Below are positions 1 to 14,504 of a stretch of DNA of 64,000 nucleotides, piece after piece. The stretch is from Vicugna vicugna (taxonomy: Eukaryota): assembly GCA_013265495.1 (NCBI GenBank), contig MU058289.1:62001-126000 (forward strand). The letters are read 5' to 3'. A program made the translations under genes and the position numbers. A model generated the notes under the pieces. The model searched no databases and was not told the origin of the DNA. It saw only the letters and a program-made list of their open reading frames with translations. Each line of letters begins with the position of its first letter. Positions within the stretch are counted from its first letter, which is position 1.

Positions 1-1299
1 TAAAGTTTTCGTTGTGATCTTGTACATTCATTGCAGAGTTTGAGTGCCTCCCATGCAGTATTTTATGTCCTGAGGGACTAATAATGAACAAAACCAGCAA
101 GATCTCTGCTTTGAAGTTTAGTGGGAAGAGTCAAATAATTGACAAGCAAATACATAATGTAATGTTTAGTAGCACTGAGTGCTATAAGGAAAAAGAAAGC
201 AGAGAAGGCTAGAGTGGATGGCAAAGGGTAATATTTTAATAGTTCGGTCATAGAGGTGACGTTTCAGAGGAAATCTTCATGAAGGGAGAAAGTGAGCTCT
301 GTAGCTGTCTAGAGGAGCATTCCAGAAAGAACACAAAGCCTCCAAAGGGAACACGCCTGGTGTTGTATGATGAGTTCTGAATAATCCATGGACATTTCAG
401 AGTAACGAAGAATTTCAGGATCGTTACCAGGATGCTTTTAAGGGTGGCCCTTTGTGAATTTTTATAAGCGCTCATGGATTCTTTTGAATTTAAAGATTCA
501 AGTATTTAATTTCCTCCGGAAAATCTTCTTTTATTCACTTTTCTTCCTTGTTTTCCTGCAGCTGTTCTGTTTTATTCTCCACTTTGATACATGTTTTAGG
601 GCTTCTGAATCTCTCTTCCATATCACTGACCTTTATTTTCTGATTTCATTTCTTCTGTGTCTTCTTCCCTCTGAATTCTGAGATGTTCTTTTAGGCTCCC
701 CCCTCCCCGATTTCTAACACATCTGGTTCCTTCTTGTCTAATAATTCTTAGAAGAAATTACTACTTGTCAGAATTGTGTCCTGTGGCAAAGCACTTACGA
801 AAGGTTCCATTTTCTTTCTCCCGTTAACCCCTGACTCTCTTAATTGGCCCCTTTCTATTTAGGGATTTATTGTTCCTTCCCCCATTGATGGCAGTAACCA
901 CAGGGAGGCAATTTACTCTGATGGAAACTTCCCTGGGCAGTAAAATAGAACACTTAGGTTCTTGTCCCACCCAGTGTGGCCTTGGGTGAATCTCATAACC
1001 TCTCAAGTATTTTAGCTCCTCTTCTGTATAATGTGGGGAATAAAGTCAACTTTATTTAACTGACAGGGTGGCTATAAGAATAAAACTACATGTAAATGTA
1101 TATGAATGGCACCACACACTAGAATCCTGGGGCTCATTCCTGTACCTCGGTACTAGGCCTTCCCTAGGGATGAACTAACTATCTGAAGTTCTGTAATTCA
1201 GCTCCCAATTCAGCGTCAGTTCAGTTGGGTGCTGGATCCCATCCGCTCCCTCCTACTCAAGATCTCTGCTCCTGTGCAGTTGTCTCCTGTGTCCCTGCC

Positions 1300-2960
1300 T
1301 TACTCATTTTTCTCCATCACTATAAAACACGCTGTAATTTCTCCCACACTCAAAATAACCCTACCTGGATTCCGTATCCACTTCTAGCTCCATTTCTCTC
1401 TTCTTTTCAGCAAAACTCTTTGAAAGGACTGGCTGTTCTGTCTCCACTTCCTTTTCTTCCATAATCTATTGAACCCACTCCAGCCAAGCTTTTGTGTCCT
1501 CTGCTCTAGAGAGTCAGCTTTCGTCAAGACTTCTAAGGATCTCTAATGCCAGATCCAGCAGACAGTTCTCATTCCGCATACCACTCGACCTTTCAGTAGC
1601 ACCTGACTGTTGTCCTCACCTTCCTTCTTGGTATCCTTTTCTCACTGGAGACCCCCAGGCTCAGGTCTTGGACCTCTCCTCTTCCTTACCTTCACTCACT
1701 TTGTGGGCAGTCTTATCTAGTATCAGAGCTTTAATTATCAGCTGTACATCAGTAACTTCCACTTTTACATTCCTACATTTGGACTTTCCCCTGAACTCCA
1801 GGATCAAATGTCTAATGGACACTTGGCACTTCCACTTGGATGTATAATAATCATCTCAAGTATTAAGGTGAAACAGAACTCATAATTGGTCCATCCAGAT
1901 CTGCTGCTCTCACAGTCCATTGTGTTAAAAAATGGCAGCTTCATATTTCTAGTCGCTCAAGCCAAAAACCTTAGCATCCTCTTGTCCTCTTTTTTTTCTT
2001 TTATACCTAAAATCAGCAAATCCTGTCAACTCTACCTTCAGAGAATATCTAGAATCTGATTGGCTCGTGTTACCTCCCCTGCCACCATCCCACCCTAATG
2101 CGAGCCCTCCTCACCCCTTGCCAGGATTCCTGCAGTAACCTCACTGGGCTCCCTGCTTCCCCCTTGTCCTCCTAGTCCATTTCCCTTGAGTGATCCCTTT
2201 AAAGGTAAATCAGATTATGCCATTCCTTGGCTTAAAATGTTTCAGTGTCTTCCTGTCTTACTCAAGAGTTTTTACCAAAGTTCTCACAATGGCCGACAAG
2301 CCCCCTGTGACCCACCTTCCATCTCCCTCATTGACCCTCTTTTTCCTGCAAACCCCATTCCAGCCTCTCTAGTCTCCTTCCACTTTGTCGTCAAAGAAAG
2401 CCTGTTCTTGCCTTGAGGACCGAGGACCTTGTAGTTATTGTTCCCTTGGCTGACACCTGTGTAGCTCACACCCTCCATTCTGTCTGTGCTTACACATCAC
2501 CTTCCCAATGAAAAGCCTTCTCAGGCTGCCCTCCACTCCCCCAATGCTCCCCATCCCCTTAATCTTTTTTCTCCATGAGACTTTGGCCACTTGACGTATA
2601 AATAGGAATATCAGCGTTACTATATCAATATTTGTTATTGTCTCTTTCCATTAGAACGTGAGCGCCCACTGGGACAGGGACTGGATTTGTTAACTTCCTT
2701 ACACATAGAACCATGCCAGTTGAGGTAGGAACTCAGTAAATGTGAGAGAATCCTGACTCCTCTTTCTTTCTCTGTGTCCATATCCAGTTAGATGCCAGAG
2801 CCTGTTGATTTTACTTCTCTGCACCTTGAATTCATCCTCTTCCTCCTCATTTCCACTGTCACTGTCCTGGCTTAGGCCCTTTGTTGACTTGGGAAAGTAT
2901 AAGCACCATTCAGCTGATCTCCCTGACTCCAGTTCCACTCCTCCCCAATAAAATAACCTG
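1300..2960 (+). mobile_element. Ancient L2 LINE fragments
   Basis: L2-type motifs (cttggatgt...catctcaa, ctctaccttcagagaatatctagaatc, aggaactcagtaaatg). Boundaries approximate. Confidence 0.6.
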
Positions 2961-3209
2961 GCCATATGGGCCCTGTCACTTCCTTCTTTAAATTCTTCAG
3001 TGGCCTTCCATTCATTAATGGGTGAAAACCAAATTCAAATGTATTCAGTCAGTATTCGTTGCTCACCTTTATCCTTCAGTTACTGTGGCAGGTGCCAGTT
3101 ACAGAGATGATGAGACCTGGTCTTTTCCCTCATAGTTGCTAATTTCATTCATACATATTCGTTTTCCAACCCTTAGTGTCATCAGCATTTTCTTTCTCTA
3201 GATTTTAGA

Positions 3210-3377
3210 GTTAATTAAATTTAAATTAATTAAAGTTAAATTAAAAATTCAGTTCCTCGGTCATACTGGCCACACTGCAAATGCTTAGTAGCCACATGTG
3301 GCTCATGGCTATGTAATTGACAGTACCGGATAAAGAGAGTTTCACTATCACAGGAAGTTCTGTTGGACAGCACGGTT
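3210..3377 (-). mobile_element. MER3-like hAT-Charlie DNA transposon
   Basis: gtagccacatgtggct palindrome and gaagttctgttggacagcac end. Confidence 0.65.
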
Positions 3378-4599
3378 TAGACCTTTCCCTAAACTCGACA
3401 AGTCATTCCCACTTACTCTCTTCTCTCCAAATCCACCGTATACTTTTAGTCCTCTGTTTTTGCCACTGCTCTTCACTGTGCTCAGAATGCTTTTCTCTCC
3501 CTTTTCTGTTTAAATTCTCTGATTTTTAGATCTCAAATCGAATTCTATAATGTAGAGGAAATTTTCCTTGACACCACCCCCCAATGATTAAACTAGTCTT
3601 CCTTCTGACCCCCCACCATGGGAAGCTGCTTGCACCTCTAACTAGAACCAGCCTTACTGCCCTCCTTAAAACTCCTGAGTTCTCATTACCTTGAGGTAGG
3701 CCGAACTCCACACAACTCCAGCCTCAGCAGCTGCCAGCCAGTGAGGAAGTGCTGTTCTGCAGGGAAGCAGCAGTGGGGGCCTTAGAAGGAAAGTAAAGAG
3801 TTTAGGGCCATGAGGCTTCCAGAAATCAAGTTTCCCCTTGGATCAGTACTCTGGATGTGCAGGTATGCTTGTAAGATGCCTGCATTACTGTGGTTTTCTT
3901 GCTCCTGTCTGGTGAGTACAGCTAGGGGCTTTGATGGAGCCTCTGGTATGGACAGCCTGGCCCCTTTTTGGACTTCGAAGAGGCAAGTAGAGGTGCCCAA
4001 GAGGTTTTGCCAGTTGAGCCCAGAGAAGCTGGAAGACTTTATTTAAGGATGTCGTTTCAGCCAGGTTTGGCCTGCACACATATGCTGTGCTCCTAGCCTG
4101 TAGGCACTGTCCTCGTCCTTAAGTCTGAGTGAATCTGAGTTGTGATCCTTCCTGTTGCAGCTGCAAAGGAAGGCCTGCTTGGAACAGGTAGGAGCTGTCC
4201 AGGCCCCGTCTAGGGTATAGATTACCATCAACAAATTGGGGGCTATCCAGGCCAGAATCCCTCCTGCTGAGGTGCTTGGATTCTTGTGTCAGTGCTGGAG
4301 CACATCCCTGCCTTGGAGCCATCTTTCAGTTCCCTAGGGTTTGGAGAGGGGCTGGGTTTTGTTAACTCTGAAGGTAATGAACACATTGGTGTCATGTGTT
4401 GGGACAAGGGGAGGGGAGAGGGAGCAGAGCGGGGACACTGGAGGTATAGTTGTTTTAAGCTCATCTATTTAGGCGTGCTGAGGCAAGCTGGTTTATAAGA
4501 GATCTGTCCCTTCTCCCCCAACTCTGCTTTTTCAGGACTCTGCCTTGTTCAAGAGAAGAAGCTCAAGAAATCCAAGCAGGTTAGGTAGTTCTAAAAGCC

Positions 4600-4608
4600 A
4601 TGACCCAG
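4600..4608 (+). CDS. ZNF565: ZNF565 first coding exon (ATG ACC CAG = MTQ); whole exon 4536-4608
   Basis: Acceptor ttttcAG ends at 4535. Kozak-like gccATG at 4600, donor GTGAGT at 4609. Phase 0 joins the KRAB-A exon in frame. Confidence 0.8.
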
Positions 4609-4840
4609 GTGAGTTGAAATTTCCTCCATCCTTGAAATAACGTCTTATCAACATTTGTGTTCTTTATCCTGAAACTTCCCTGTCTTGCTAAGCCCCATTC
4701 AGTAACCTGCTCCCAGTTCCTCTATTCCAGGGAATGAGGGATGGTGCCCCACCGCCCTTGGTGGCCCTCTCTTCTCCAACGGTTTCCACATATGTGCTCA
4801 GTGCTCTTAGCACAGCACGGATGAAGCAGAAATATGTTCT

Positions 4841-4924
4841 TTTTTAATAGAGGTACTGGGGATTAAACCCAGCACCTTGTGCATGCTAATCACACACACT
4901 ACCACTGAGCTATACCCTCCCCAC
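4841..4924 (-). mobile_element. tRNA-Ala-derived SINE (camelid Vic-1 type)
   Basis: Reverse complement GGGGAGGGTATAGCTCAGTGGTAG...; 14-bp TSD cagaaatatgttct at 4827 and 4925. Confidence 0.85.
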
Positions 4925-5464
4925 CAGAAATATGTTCTCCTGAGAGAAATATAAGAGCCACCTTTATAAGAACCATGGTTGAACAGAGCTGCAGATAAGA
5001 TAACTTTGATCTTTTCCATTAACCCAGGTAGTTTCCTTTTCTCTTCTATTTTTAAATGTCACCCCCTCTTTAAAAATCGTAAAACATTTCACACTATCAA
5101 AAAATATAAACAAAAAAAATCTATGACGTATATATGGTATAAAGAATAATAAAATGAGTATTAATATACTCATCACCCAGATTAACATACCATCTAAGCC
5201 ACCTTTACACCTTCCCACAACCCTTCCCATATCGCATTACCATTCTTGCCAGTGTTAATGACTGCTTTTAATTTTGTCTGTTGGTACTTTGAGTCTTACA
5301 GTACTTTTACCATATATGAATGCATACTAAACAGTATACTGTTGAGTTTTCTGTTTTTAAATTCGATGTACAGTTATTACACTTTATATTTTTTACCAGA
5401 TTTTTTTCACTCAACACAATGTGTTTTCAAATCATTCACGTTAAATTGTATAGCACTCGATCAG

Positions 5465-5905
5465 CAGGTCTTAAAGTGTGATATAGGAAGACTTTGAGAT
5501 CCTTTCAGGAAGTCTGGGGGTCAGAATTACTTTTATAATAATATTAACATGTTATCTGCCTTTTTCACTCACCTCTAAACAGTGTATAGTGGAGTTTCCC
5601 AAAAGCTACATGACATGTGTTATCCCAGCAGATTGAACACCAAAGTTGTGAAAATCTAACTTTCATTCAGCCTGTCATTAAAGAGATTTGCAAGAATGTA
5701 AAACAATGCTACTAAATTCTTCTTTATTTTGATGTTATTTTTCATAAAATGTATATTATTTATGTTACTATATAACAGGTTTATTATTGGTTATCAAATA
5801 AATTAATATTTTTTAAATTTATCACTTTTAATTTCTAATATGGTATATGTTGATAGATATAACCAGCATTCACAAAAGTTCTTTGAGGTCCTCAGTAACT
5901 TTAAA
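5465..5905. mobile_element. Charlie1-like hAT transposon fragment
   Basis: gtggagtttccc...agctacatgacatgtg...attaaagagatttgcaa matches recalled Charlie1 sequence. Confidence 0.5.
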
Positions 5906-5909
5906 AGCT

Positions 5910-7195
5910 TTATTTATTGTGTATATATAATTCACAGACAATGAAATTCACCCATATAGGTGTATAGTTCAGTGGTTTTTAGTGTATTTGCAGAGTTGTG
6001 CAACAACCATCAGCACAATCCATTTTAGAACATTTACATCACCACCCAAAAAAAATCCTGTTTGCATTAACTGTCACTCCCAAATCCCTCTCCTCATCTG
6101 CTGGCAACCACTAATTTATTTCCTGACTTTATGGATTTGCTGATTCTGTACTTTTCATGTAAAGGGAATCATACACTATTTGATCTTTTGTGTGTGATTT
6201 TTTTTTTTACTTAGCATAATGTTTTCAAGCTTCATCCATGTGTTAGCATGTATCAGTACTTCGTTCATTTTTATACCAATCAATATACCGTGGATACGTA
6301 TAGACCACATTTTGTTCATCATTTTATAAGTCTATGGACATTTGAGTTGTTCTGTTTTTGGCTGTCATGAATAACGCTGCTATGAACATTGGCGTATAAC
6401 AGTGTTTTTAGGTGGACATATGTTTTCACTTCTCTACGCCTGGGAGTGGAATTTCTGGGTAACATGATAACTTTATGTTTAACATTTTGAAGAACTGTCA
6501 AAACTGTTTTCCAGAGTGGCTGCCTCATTTTACATTCCTACCAGCAGTGTAAGAGGGTTCCTTCCAGTTTCTCCTCATCTTCATCACTATGTGTTATTTT
6601 GTTTTTTTGATAATAGCCATCCTAATGGGTATGAAGTGGCATCTTATGGTGGTTTTGACTTGCATTAGTGATTTGATTAGTGATGCTGAGCATCCTTTCA
6701 TATGTTTATTGGCCATTTGTATATCTACTTTGGAGAAATGTCTCTTCAGATTTTTTGCCTAGTTTATAATTGGGTTGTCTTCTTATTATTGAGTCATAAA
6801 AGTTCTTTATATATCTCTGGATTCAAGCCCCTTACCAAGTATACAATTTGCAAATATTTTCTCCCAGTTTTGTGGGTTGGATTTTCACTTTCTTGATGGA
6901 GTTATTTGTAGCACAAAAGTTTTTAATTTTGATGAAGTTTAATTTATCTTTTAGTTCTTTTTTGTGTTGGTGCCATACCTGAGAAACCATTGCCTGAGCA
7001 AGGTCATGAAGTTATACTCCTATGTTTTCTTCTAAGAGTTTTATGGTTTTAGCTTTTACATTTAGATCTATGATCTATTTTGAGTTAATTTTTATATATG
7101 GCTTGAGGTGGGGTCCACCTTCTTTGCATATGGATAGCCACTTGTCCCAGCACTATTTGTTAAAAAGACTAATCTTTTCCCATTAAATTATCTTA
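5910..7195 (-). mobile_element. Old L1 (L1M/L1MB-type) 3' portion
   Basis: ttttacattcctaccagcagtg, atagccatcctaatgggtatgaagtgg and cagcactatttgttaaaaagact motifs. Confidence 0.75.
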
Positions 7196-8333
7196 GTTGA
7201 CTTAACATGTAGTAGTCCTTAGGGAGCTGGTAGAGACGATGCCGTTCTTCAGAGAGGTTTTGCACCTAGGAGTGTTCTCAAATTCAGCACACTTTAATTT
7301 TTCTCCTGGGGTTTCCCCCAACTGCGTGAATGATGTTACTTTGAATTCCAGACTTACTTGAGAGTAGGCCTTTCGTTATAGACTGGCAGAGGCGAGGTTA
7401 TTGGTAGTGATGGTACTATCATCAGTGATAATCCTTTTTTTTGTAACTGGAGTGCAGCAGGTTCCTTGTCCCTCTTTTCCAGCCAGGTTTTTGTTGGAAC
7501 CCACCATTTCACTGAGGGACTAGCTCTTCTAGGATGCCAGCTTTAAGTGAGGGTCATGGGTTCACATCGCAGCTGGTATATGTCCCACTTCCCAAAGCAT
7601 TTGCTAACATATTTGCTTGTCTCTCTGGGTCCAACTGTGTGCGTGTGTGTTAAAGGGTCTGTGGGGGCTGTTAGAGATTTGAGAGACTTGAGGAAATCTA
7701 TCAACTAAGTGCGAGGTGTGGATTTTGTTTGAATCCTGATCTGAACAAACCAACTGTAAAAAAAAAAAATCTCTTTTGAGAAAATTGGGATTTTCTCAAG
7801 TTTGAAACTTGATCTGGTTATTAGGAAATTATTGTTAATTATGTTAAGTATGATAATAATATTCTGGTTATTATGGCTTTTTTAAAAAGTCGAATCTGTT
7901 AGATACTAAAGTATTTGTGGGTAAAATAGTACAATGTTTGATATGTGGGATTTTCCTCAAAATACACCAGGAGCAAAAAACAGGAAGAAATGAAACAAGA
8001 TTTGCAAAGTCTTTTTTTTAATTGAAGTATAGTCAGTTACAACATGTCAGTTTCTGATGTACAGCATAATATCCCAGTCATGCATATGTATATACATATA
8101 TTCATTTTCATATTCTTTTTCATTAAGGTTATTATAAGATATTGAATATAATTCCCTGTGCTCTACGGAATAAATTTGTTTTTTATCTGTTTTTATATAC
8201 GGTGGTTAACATTTGCAGATCTGCTAAGTCTTGTTAAACTGTTGAAGCACAGTGTTGGATTCATGGGGGTTGTGAGACTATGCTCTGTACTTTGTGTATT
8301 CTGAAAACTTTTTGTAACAAATTTAAAAAATAA

Positions 8334-8513
<180 letters not shown>

Positions 8514-9139
8514 TAATACAGGAGCAGCCAGGAAACAAAGCCCCCAGGGGCTACCTTTGGGTGGAAGGGGTAAAAGGAGGAAGCACTACCACCGGAAGGG
8601 GGTGAGAGCTGGAGTCACGAAGGGCCAGCTGGCAGCAGCCCTAGCAACCAGGGGGCCTGGGCCAGTAGGGGGGTGAGAGGGTTAAGAGATGTCCTGAACT
8701 CTTGTCTCTTCCTGCCCGCTGACCTCCTACTGATGCTTTCCATCTACCAAACCCAGTGAGAAATGACAGGGCCAGAGTAATACAATCCTTACAGGTAAGC
8801 TGTCTGAAGCACAGAGCCGGGCACGGAGCAGGGCCAGGAATAGCGAGGAATGGCTTAGGGGGATGGAGAGGGCAAATGAAAAATAAAATTTCTGGTTGCT
8901 TCATGGTGAATTTCTAGGGAGACTTAAAGTTTCTGGCTAGGTTTCTGCTCTCTGTTTCCAAGGGAACTGTTTTGTGCTTTGTGGAAGCGGAAATGGGTAG
9001 TTCCATTGGCACCGCCATTTCCCATCCTTTGGACAACCTTCACACCTTCCTTCATGTAGTTGTCTCTCTTCCTTGGTGACCAAAGGACTGGGTTTGAATT
9101 TTGGAACAGCACGTTCATGCCCCATTTCTTTTCCTATAA

Positions 9140-9244
<105 letters not shown>

Positions 9245-10899
9245 TGAGGCAATGGCGGGAGGTCATTGGGAATAACAGCCAGCGAGTCAGTCAACTCATA
9301 GCAGTAACCTGAGTTGTTGTCAGGAAACTCTCTTTAAAGCCCTTCCAAAAACTGAGGAATAAAAGCCTGAGACATGAAGACATGAAAAGCAAAGACCTTG
9401 CAAACATCAGCTTCCAAGGGAACCTTGCCCTCATCCCCATTAATTCCTCTCTGTTCTTCTCTCATATTTTCCTCCCCTTTCAAACAGAGATGTGCCCCCT
9501 TCTTCCCCAGTCGCAGCCGTTTTACCTGGGCTTTGGATCCTTTTTTTCTACAAGTGTCTTCATTCCTTTAAAAAATACTTATTTTCTTAAAACAGCTTCT
9601 CACTTTACCTAATTCATTTACTCTCTTAACTTTTGAGAGGTGAGGATGTGTGGTGGCTGAGGGAAGACTCTGGAATCAGATTTTCTGAGTTCACATCCAG
9701 GCTCTGCCACTTACTAGATCTGTGAGTTTAGGTAAATTTCTTAAATTCTCTGTGCTTCAGTTTTCTCCTCTGCAAATGGGATAAAAATAGTGCCTTCCAT
9801 GTACAGTTATTGTGCCTCTTGTATGACTTAATATGTGAAAATGCCCAGTACAATGCAGGCAATATTGACCACCAAATAAATGTTAGCAAGTGTCAGTAAT
9901 TGGCACTTGATGGACCAAATTAGAGCCTTTGAATACGTAGTTATCAGTTACCCCCTCCTGACTTCTCTGTATTGTTGTCATTTATTTTCATCTGGGATCA
10001 TTTTTTTCTCTATCTGAAGAACACCCTTAAGTGTTCCTTTTGTGTGGGTCTGCTGTTGACAGAATTCTCTGTTTTCGATCACATGAAAATGTCTTTATCC
10101 TGCCTTCTTTCTTGGATAGGCAGGATATTTTTACTGAGTATGGAGTTCAGTGTAGCCCAAAGAAGAACTCATTCCATTGCCTTTTCTCTTCCAGTGTTGT
10201 CAACAAGTCAAGTTGTTCCAGTTCTGGAAAATGTTCCACATATATTTAAAACTAGTGTTCTTTGGATGGGGTGCTCACCTTTTTATAACCCTGTTGATGA
10301 TATGATTTAGAGTCTGCTTATCCTTTTAACTTTCTCTGTACTTGTGCTATCAAATCTGAGAGCTGTTTCTTGTGTTATGTATTTTGCTACGTTTTACATT
10401 TTTATAAAGGTGAAAAATAGATCCTTGTTTCAAATTGTGTTCTTACCAGTACAATCCATCCTTCATTTTCACACTTAGTGCTTTTAACCTTGAATTCTAT
10501 TTTTTTCTGATATTAATATCAAATGCCCTGTTTGTGTGTGTTTAAAAAACTATGATGTATCTTTGCTTATCCTTTTAAAAAAGTGATTGCCATTTTAAAT
10601 GTGTCCATTGTAATCAGAATTAGTTGCCTTTCTTAATCAAGCTGAGATTCCTTGACTTAAATAGAATTTAATCCATTCTCATTTATTGTGATAATTAATG
10701 TGTTTTGATCCTGCCATTTTATTTTACATTTTCTGTTCCTAATTCTTCTTACCTTTTCTACCCTCAAGCAATTTTGAAGTTGTACTTCCTATTGCTTTAT
10801 AATAGAATAGTCTTTGACTTTAAGAAACATGCTTAAACCTGTATTTCTCTTCCCACCTCAAGACTGAAATAGAATTTCTTTCTTTTTAGTGAAGTTTTT

Positions 10900-13170
10900 T
10901 AAGAAATATTTTTATTTTGAAACAATTTTAGGTTTATAGAAAATTTACAAAATTATTACAGAGAATTCCCATGTACTCTTCACTCAGCTTCCAAAGGTAA
11001 ACATTTTACATAACCATCGTACAGTTATCAAAAACAGGAAATTAACACTGGCACACTGTTAATAACTAATCTACAGATCTCATTAGAATATTATTGGGTT
11101 TTCCCTAGTGTCTTTCTTCTATCCCGGGATCCAGTCCAGGATCCCACACTGGATTTAGTTGTTGTGTCTCCTTAGCATCCTCCCATCTGTGATGGTTCCT
11201 TTCATGACCTTGAACCTTTTGATGAGTACTTTTTTGGAGACTGTCTCTCACTTGCCTGATAGTTTCTCACAATTAGATGGAGATTCTGCATCTTTGGCAG
11301 GAATACCACAGAAGTGATGTTGTATCCTTCTCTGGGCATCACATCAGGGTTTACCTGGGGTTGATATGGCTTATTACTGGTAGTGTTAACCTTGATCACC
11401 TTGGTTAAGGTGTCTCTCATGTTTCTCCCTTTTCCAATTGTAATTGTATCTTGGAGGGAAATACTTTGAGACTATATAGATATACCATTTCTCCTCATTT
11501 TGCCCACTGGTTTTAGCATCCACTGGTGGATCTTATCTGTAATAGTTAATACAACAGTGCTGCCTAGTTTTGATTTTCTATGTCCCTTATTGCTTCTACA
11601 TTTATTAACTGGAATCCTTCTGTAAGAAAGGGCTGACCATTTATTGTGATTTGTTTCTATCAGTATGGACTATTTATTTATTTTTATATTCTATGAATTA
11701 CAGTCCAAATTTATCATTGCTTATTTTGTTGTTCATATTGTTCAAGCTTTGGCCATTGAGAACACCTACAGGTTGGCTCCTGGGTTCTTTTGGCATGCCC
11801 TCATCCTTTTTTGACTACTTCCTTATTTTCTGGTACTTAACATTTTCTAGGCTTGTGTTACATTCTTCCTGCCTCATCCCTGAAATCAGCTATTCCTCAA
11901 AGGACACCTGGTTTCTTGTATTGGATAATGGTGTGAAAATAGTATCTTTGAATGTCTTTTTCTGAGCAAAGACAGACCTGAAGACTTTACTGTATACAGT
12001 ATGACTCCACTGAACTTCCTTTATTTTGTTGCTAGTAGGCCCATTACTGTTTATTCCAAAACAAGTATTAGGATCATTCACAGAATATTTGGTTGGTGTG
12101 TTTTCTAAGTCCTTGTAGTTCTTGGTGGGAGAGTGGGGGACTTTTAAAATTAGATTTTTAAAACTTGTGATGAACATTACATAAAATTTACCTGTTTGAC
12201 TATTTTTAAGTATACAATTCACTGGCGTTAATTACATTCAGTGTTGTGCAGCCATCATCACTGTCTATTTCCAGAACTTATTCATCCTCCCAAACAGTAA
12301 CTCTGTACCCATTAAACAGTAACTCTCCATTTCCCCCTCCCTCCTGTCCCTGGTAACCTCTTTTCTTTACGTCTCTATGAACTTAACAATTCTAGGTACC
12401 TCGTGTAAATGTAGTCATGCACTTGTGTATCCAACTCCTTTCACTTAGCATAGTATCTTCAAGTTTCATCCATGTTGTAGCGTTTATCAGAATTTCATTA
12501 CTTCTAAAGGCTGAGTAACATCCCATTGCATGTATGTACCACATTTTGCTTATTCATTCCTCTGTTGATAGATACTTGGGTTCTTTCTACCTTTTGGCTG
12601 CTCTGAGCATTGCTGTATAAGTATCTGAGTCCCCGTTTTCACTTCTTCTGGGTATATACTAGGAATGAAATTGCTGGATCAGCTGGTAATTGTATGTTTA
12701 ACTTTTTGAGGACATTTCTCAGTTTTTAAGAGCCTTTTATATACTGTGAATATCATCCCATTATCTGTGATATAAGTTTCAAATTCTTTCTCTGTCATTT
12801 GTCTTTTGACTTTGCCTTTGGTGTTTTTTGTTGACATTGCACGTTTTTTGTTTTGTTTTTCACCTTTACACAGTGGGATTGATCAGTCTTTTCTTTTGGT
12901 GCTTTTGGATTTTGAGTCATTGTTTCATTGTTAGAAGGCTTCCCTAAACCTAGTTTATAATCTAGTAATTAGATGATTATTATTAAAAATAACCTAGTAA
13001 TCTACATGTTTCCTTATAGTGTTTGTCTGGTTTCTATTTTATTTTAACATTAAAACTCTATTCAGAGTTTATTCTGGTATATGGTAGTATAACATACGAA
13101 TCCAATTTTATTTTTTTCCAAATGACTATCTAGTTGTCCCAAATTATTTATTATAAAAACTATCCTTTTC
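10900..13170 (-). mobile_element. Old L1 (L1MC/L1MB-type) fragments
   Basis: L1 3'UTR-type motifs on the minus strand; boundaries approximate. Confidence 0.6.
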
Positions 13171-13172
13171 TC

Positions 13173-13790
13173 AATACTACTCAGCGATAAAAAAGAATAA
13201 AATGCCATTTGCAGCAACATGGATGGACTTTCACTTCATTCTAAGTGAAGTAAGCCAGAAAGAGAAAGAAAAATACCATATGATATCACTCATATGTGGA
13301 ATCTAAAAGTAAAAATAGAGGGGGGAAGGGTGTAGCTCAAGTGGTAAAGCTGCATGCTTAGCATGCACAAGGTCCTGGGTTCGATTCCCTGTACCTTCTC
13401 TAAAATAAATAAATTACGCCCCCCCCAAAAAAAGTAAAAAAACAGGACATTAATGAACTCATCTACAAAACAGAAACAGACTCGCAGACATAGTAAACAA
13501 TCTTATGGTTACCAGGGGAAAGGGGTGGGAAGGGATAAATCTGGGAGTTTGAGACTTGCAAATGATAACCGTTATCTATAAAAATAAATTAATAAACAAA
13601 TTTCTTCTGTATAGCACAAGGAACTATATTCAGTATCTTATAGTGGCCTTGAATGAAAAAGAATATGAAAATGAAGATAGGTATATGTGTGTGTGTGTGT
13701 ATGTGAGGGAATGGGACACTGTGCTGTACACCAGAAATTGACACATTGTTAACTGACTGTACTTCAGTAAAGGAAAGGGAGGGAAAAAAA
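13173..13790 (+). mobile_element. Young lineage-specific L1 3' end
   Basis: atgccatttgcagcaacatggatggac...gtgaagtaagccagaaagagaaag. Related copies at 46435-46830(+), 8017-8222(-) and 20100-20330(-). Confidence 0.8.
13320..13430 (+). mobile_element. tRNA-Ala-derived SINE (Vic-1 type) inserted in a young L1 3' end
   Basis: A and B boxes, A-rich tail, aaaagtaaaaa on both sides. Confidence 0.8.
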
Positions 13791-14504
13791 CTGTCCTTTT
13801 CTCCTATGAGATACCACCCTTATAATACATTCAGTTTCCATATAAACTTTTGTCTATTTCTGGCCTTTTTATTGTGTTGCGTTGGTCTGTCTTTAGAATC
13901 CAATATTTATTCATCTAACAATCCATTATTAAAAGCCTACTGTGTGCTAGGGTTTGGTGACCATGGCTAGTGAGAAAGGCATTATTTCTGCCATCAGGGA
14001 GATAAGAAACCAAACAAATCAACAGATGAGTAAGTAAATGGAATTCTAAGTGCAACTGAGAGAAGTGTTATGACAATAGGACACATGATGTGGGAGAGAG
14101 AATCCAGGTGTACGCTTAGGGTTGTCAGTCTGAGAGCTGTTGTGAAAGTGCGAGTTTTAACCGGAGACCTGAAGAGAAAAGCAGCTGTACAAAGAGCCCC
14201 GGGCAGGATTCCTGATAGATGGAAGAGGCTGATGAGCAGCCTGAGATGGAAAAGACCTAGATTGATTCTAGATGCTCAGAGGAGGCCTGTGGTTCGTTAC
14301 ATGGGGAGCAAAGGGGAAAGTGCTCCCAATGAAGATGCACTGTCCTTGGTTGAGCTAGAGCGACAGAGTGACAACAGAGACAAGCAGGGGACCCTCTTTT
14401 CCAAGAACCTGTGAACCGTGGCATTGAATTAGGATTTATCTGAAGTGCGATGGGGAGGCTGTGAAAAAGAGATTTTTATTTTGATTGGCAGCAGCATCAA
14501 AGTG

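Noticed and set aside
7776..7799. Perfect small hairpin ttgagaaaat-tggg-attttctcaa
   Set aside because: A 10-bp AT-rich inverted repeat inside an old L1; probably a local repair product with no sign of function.
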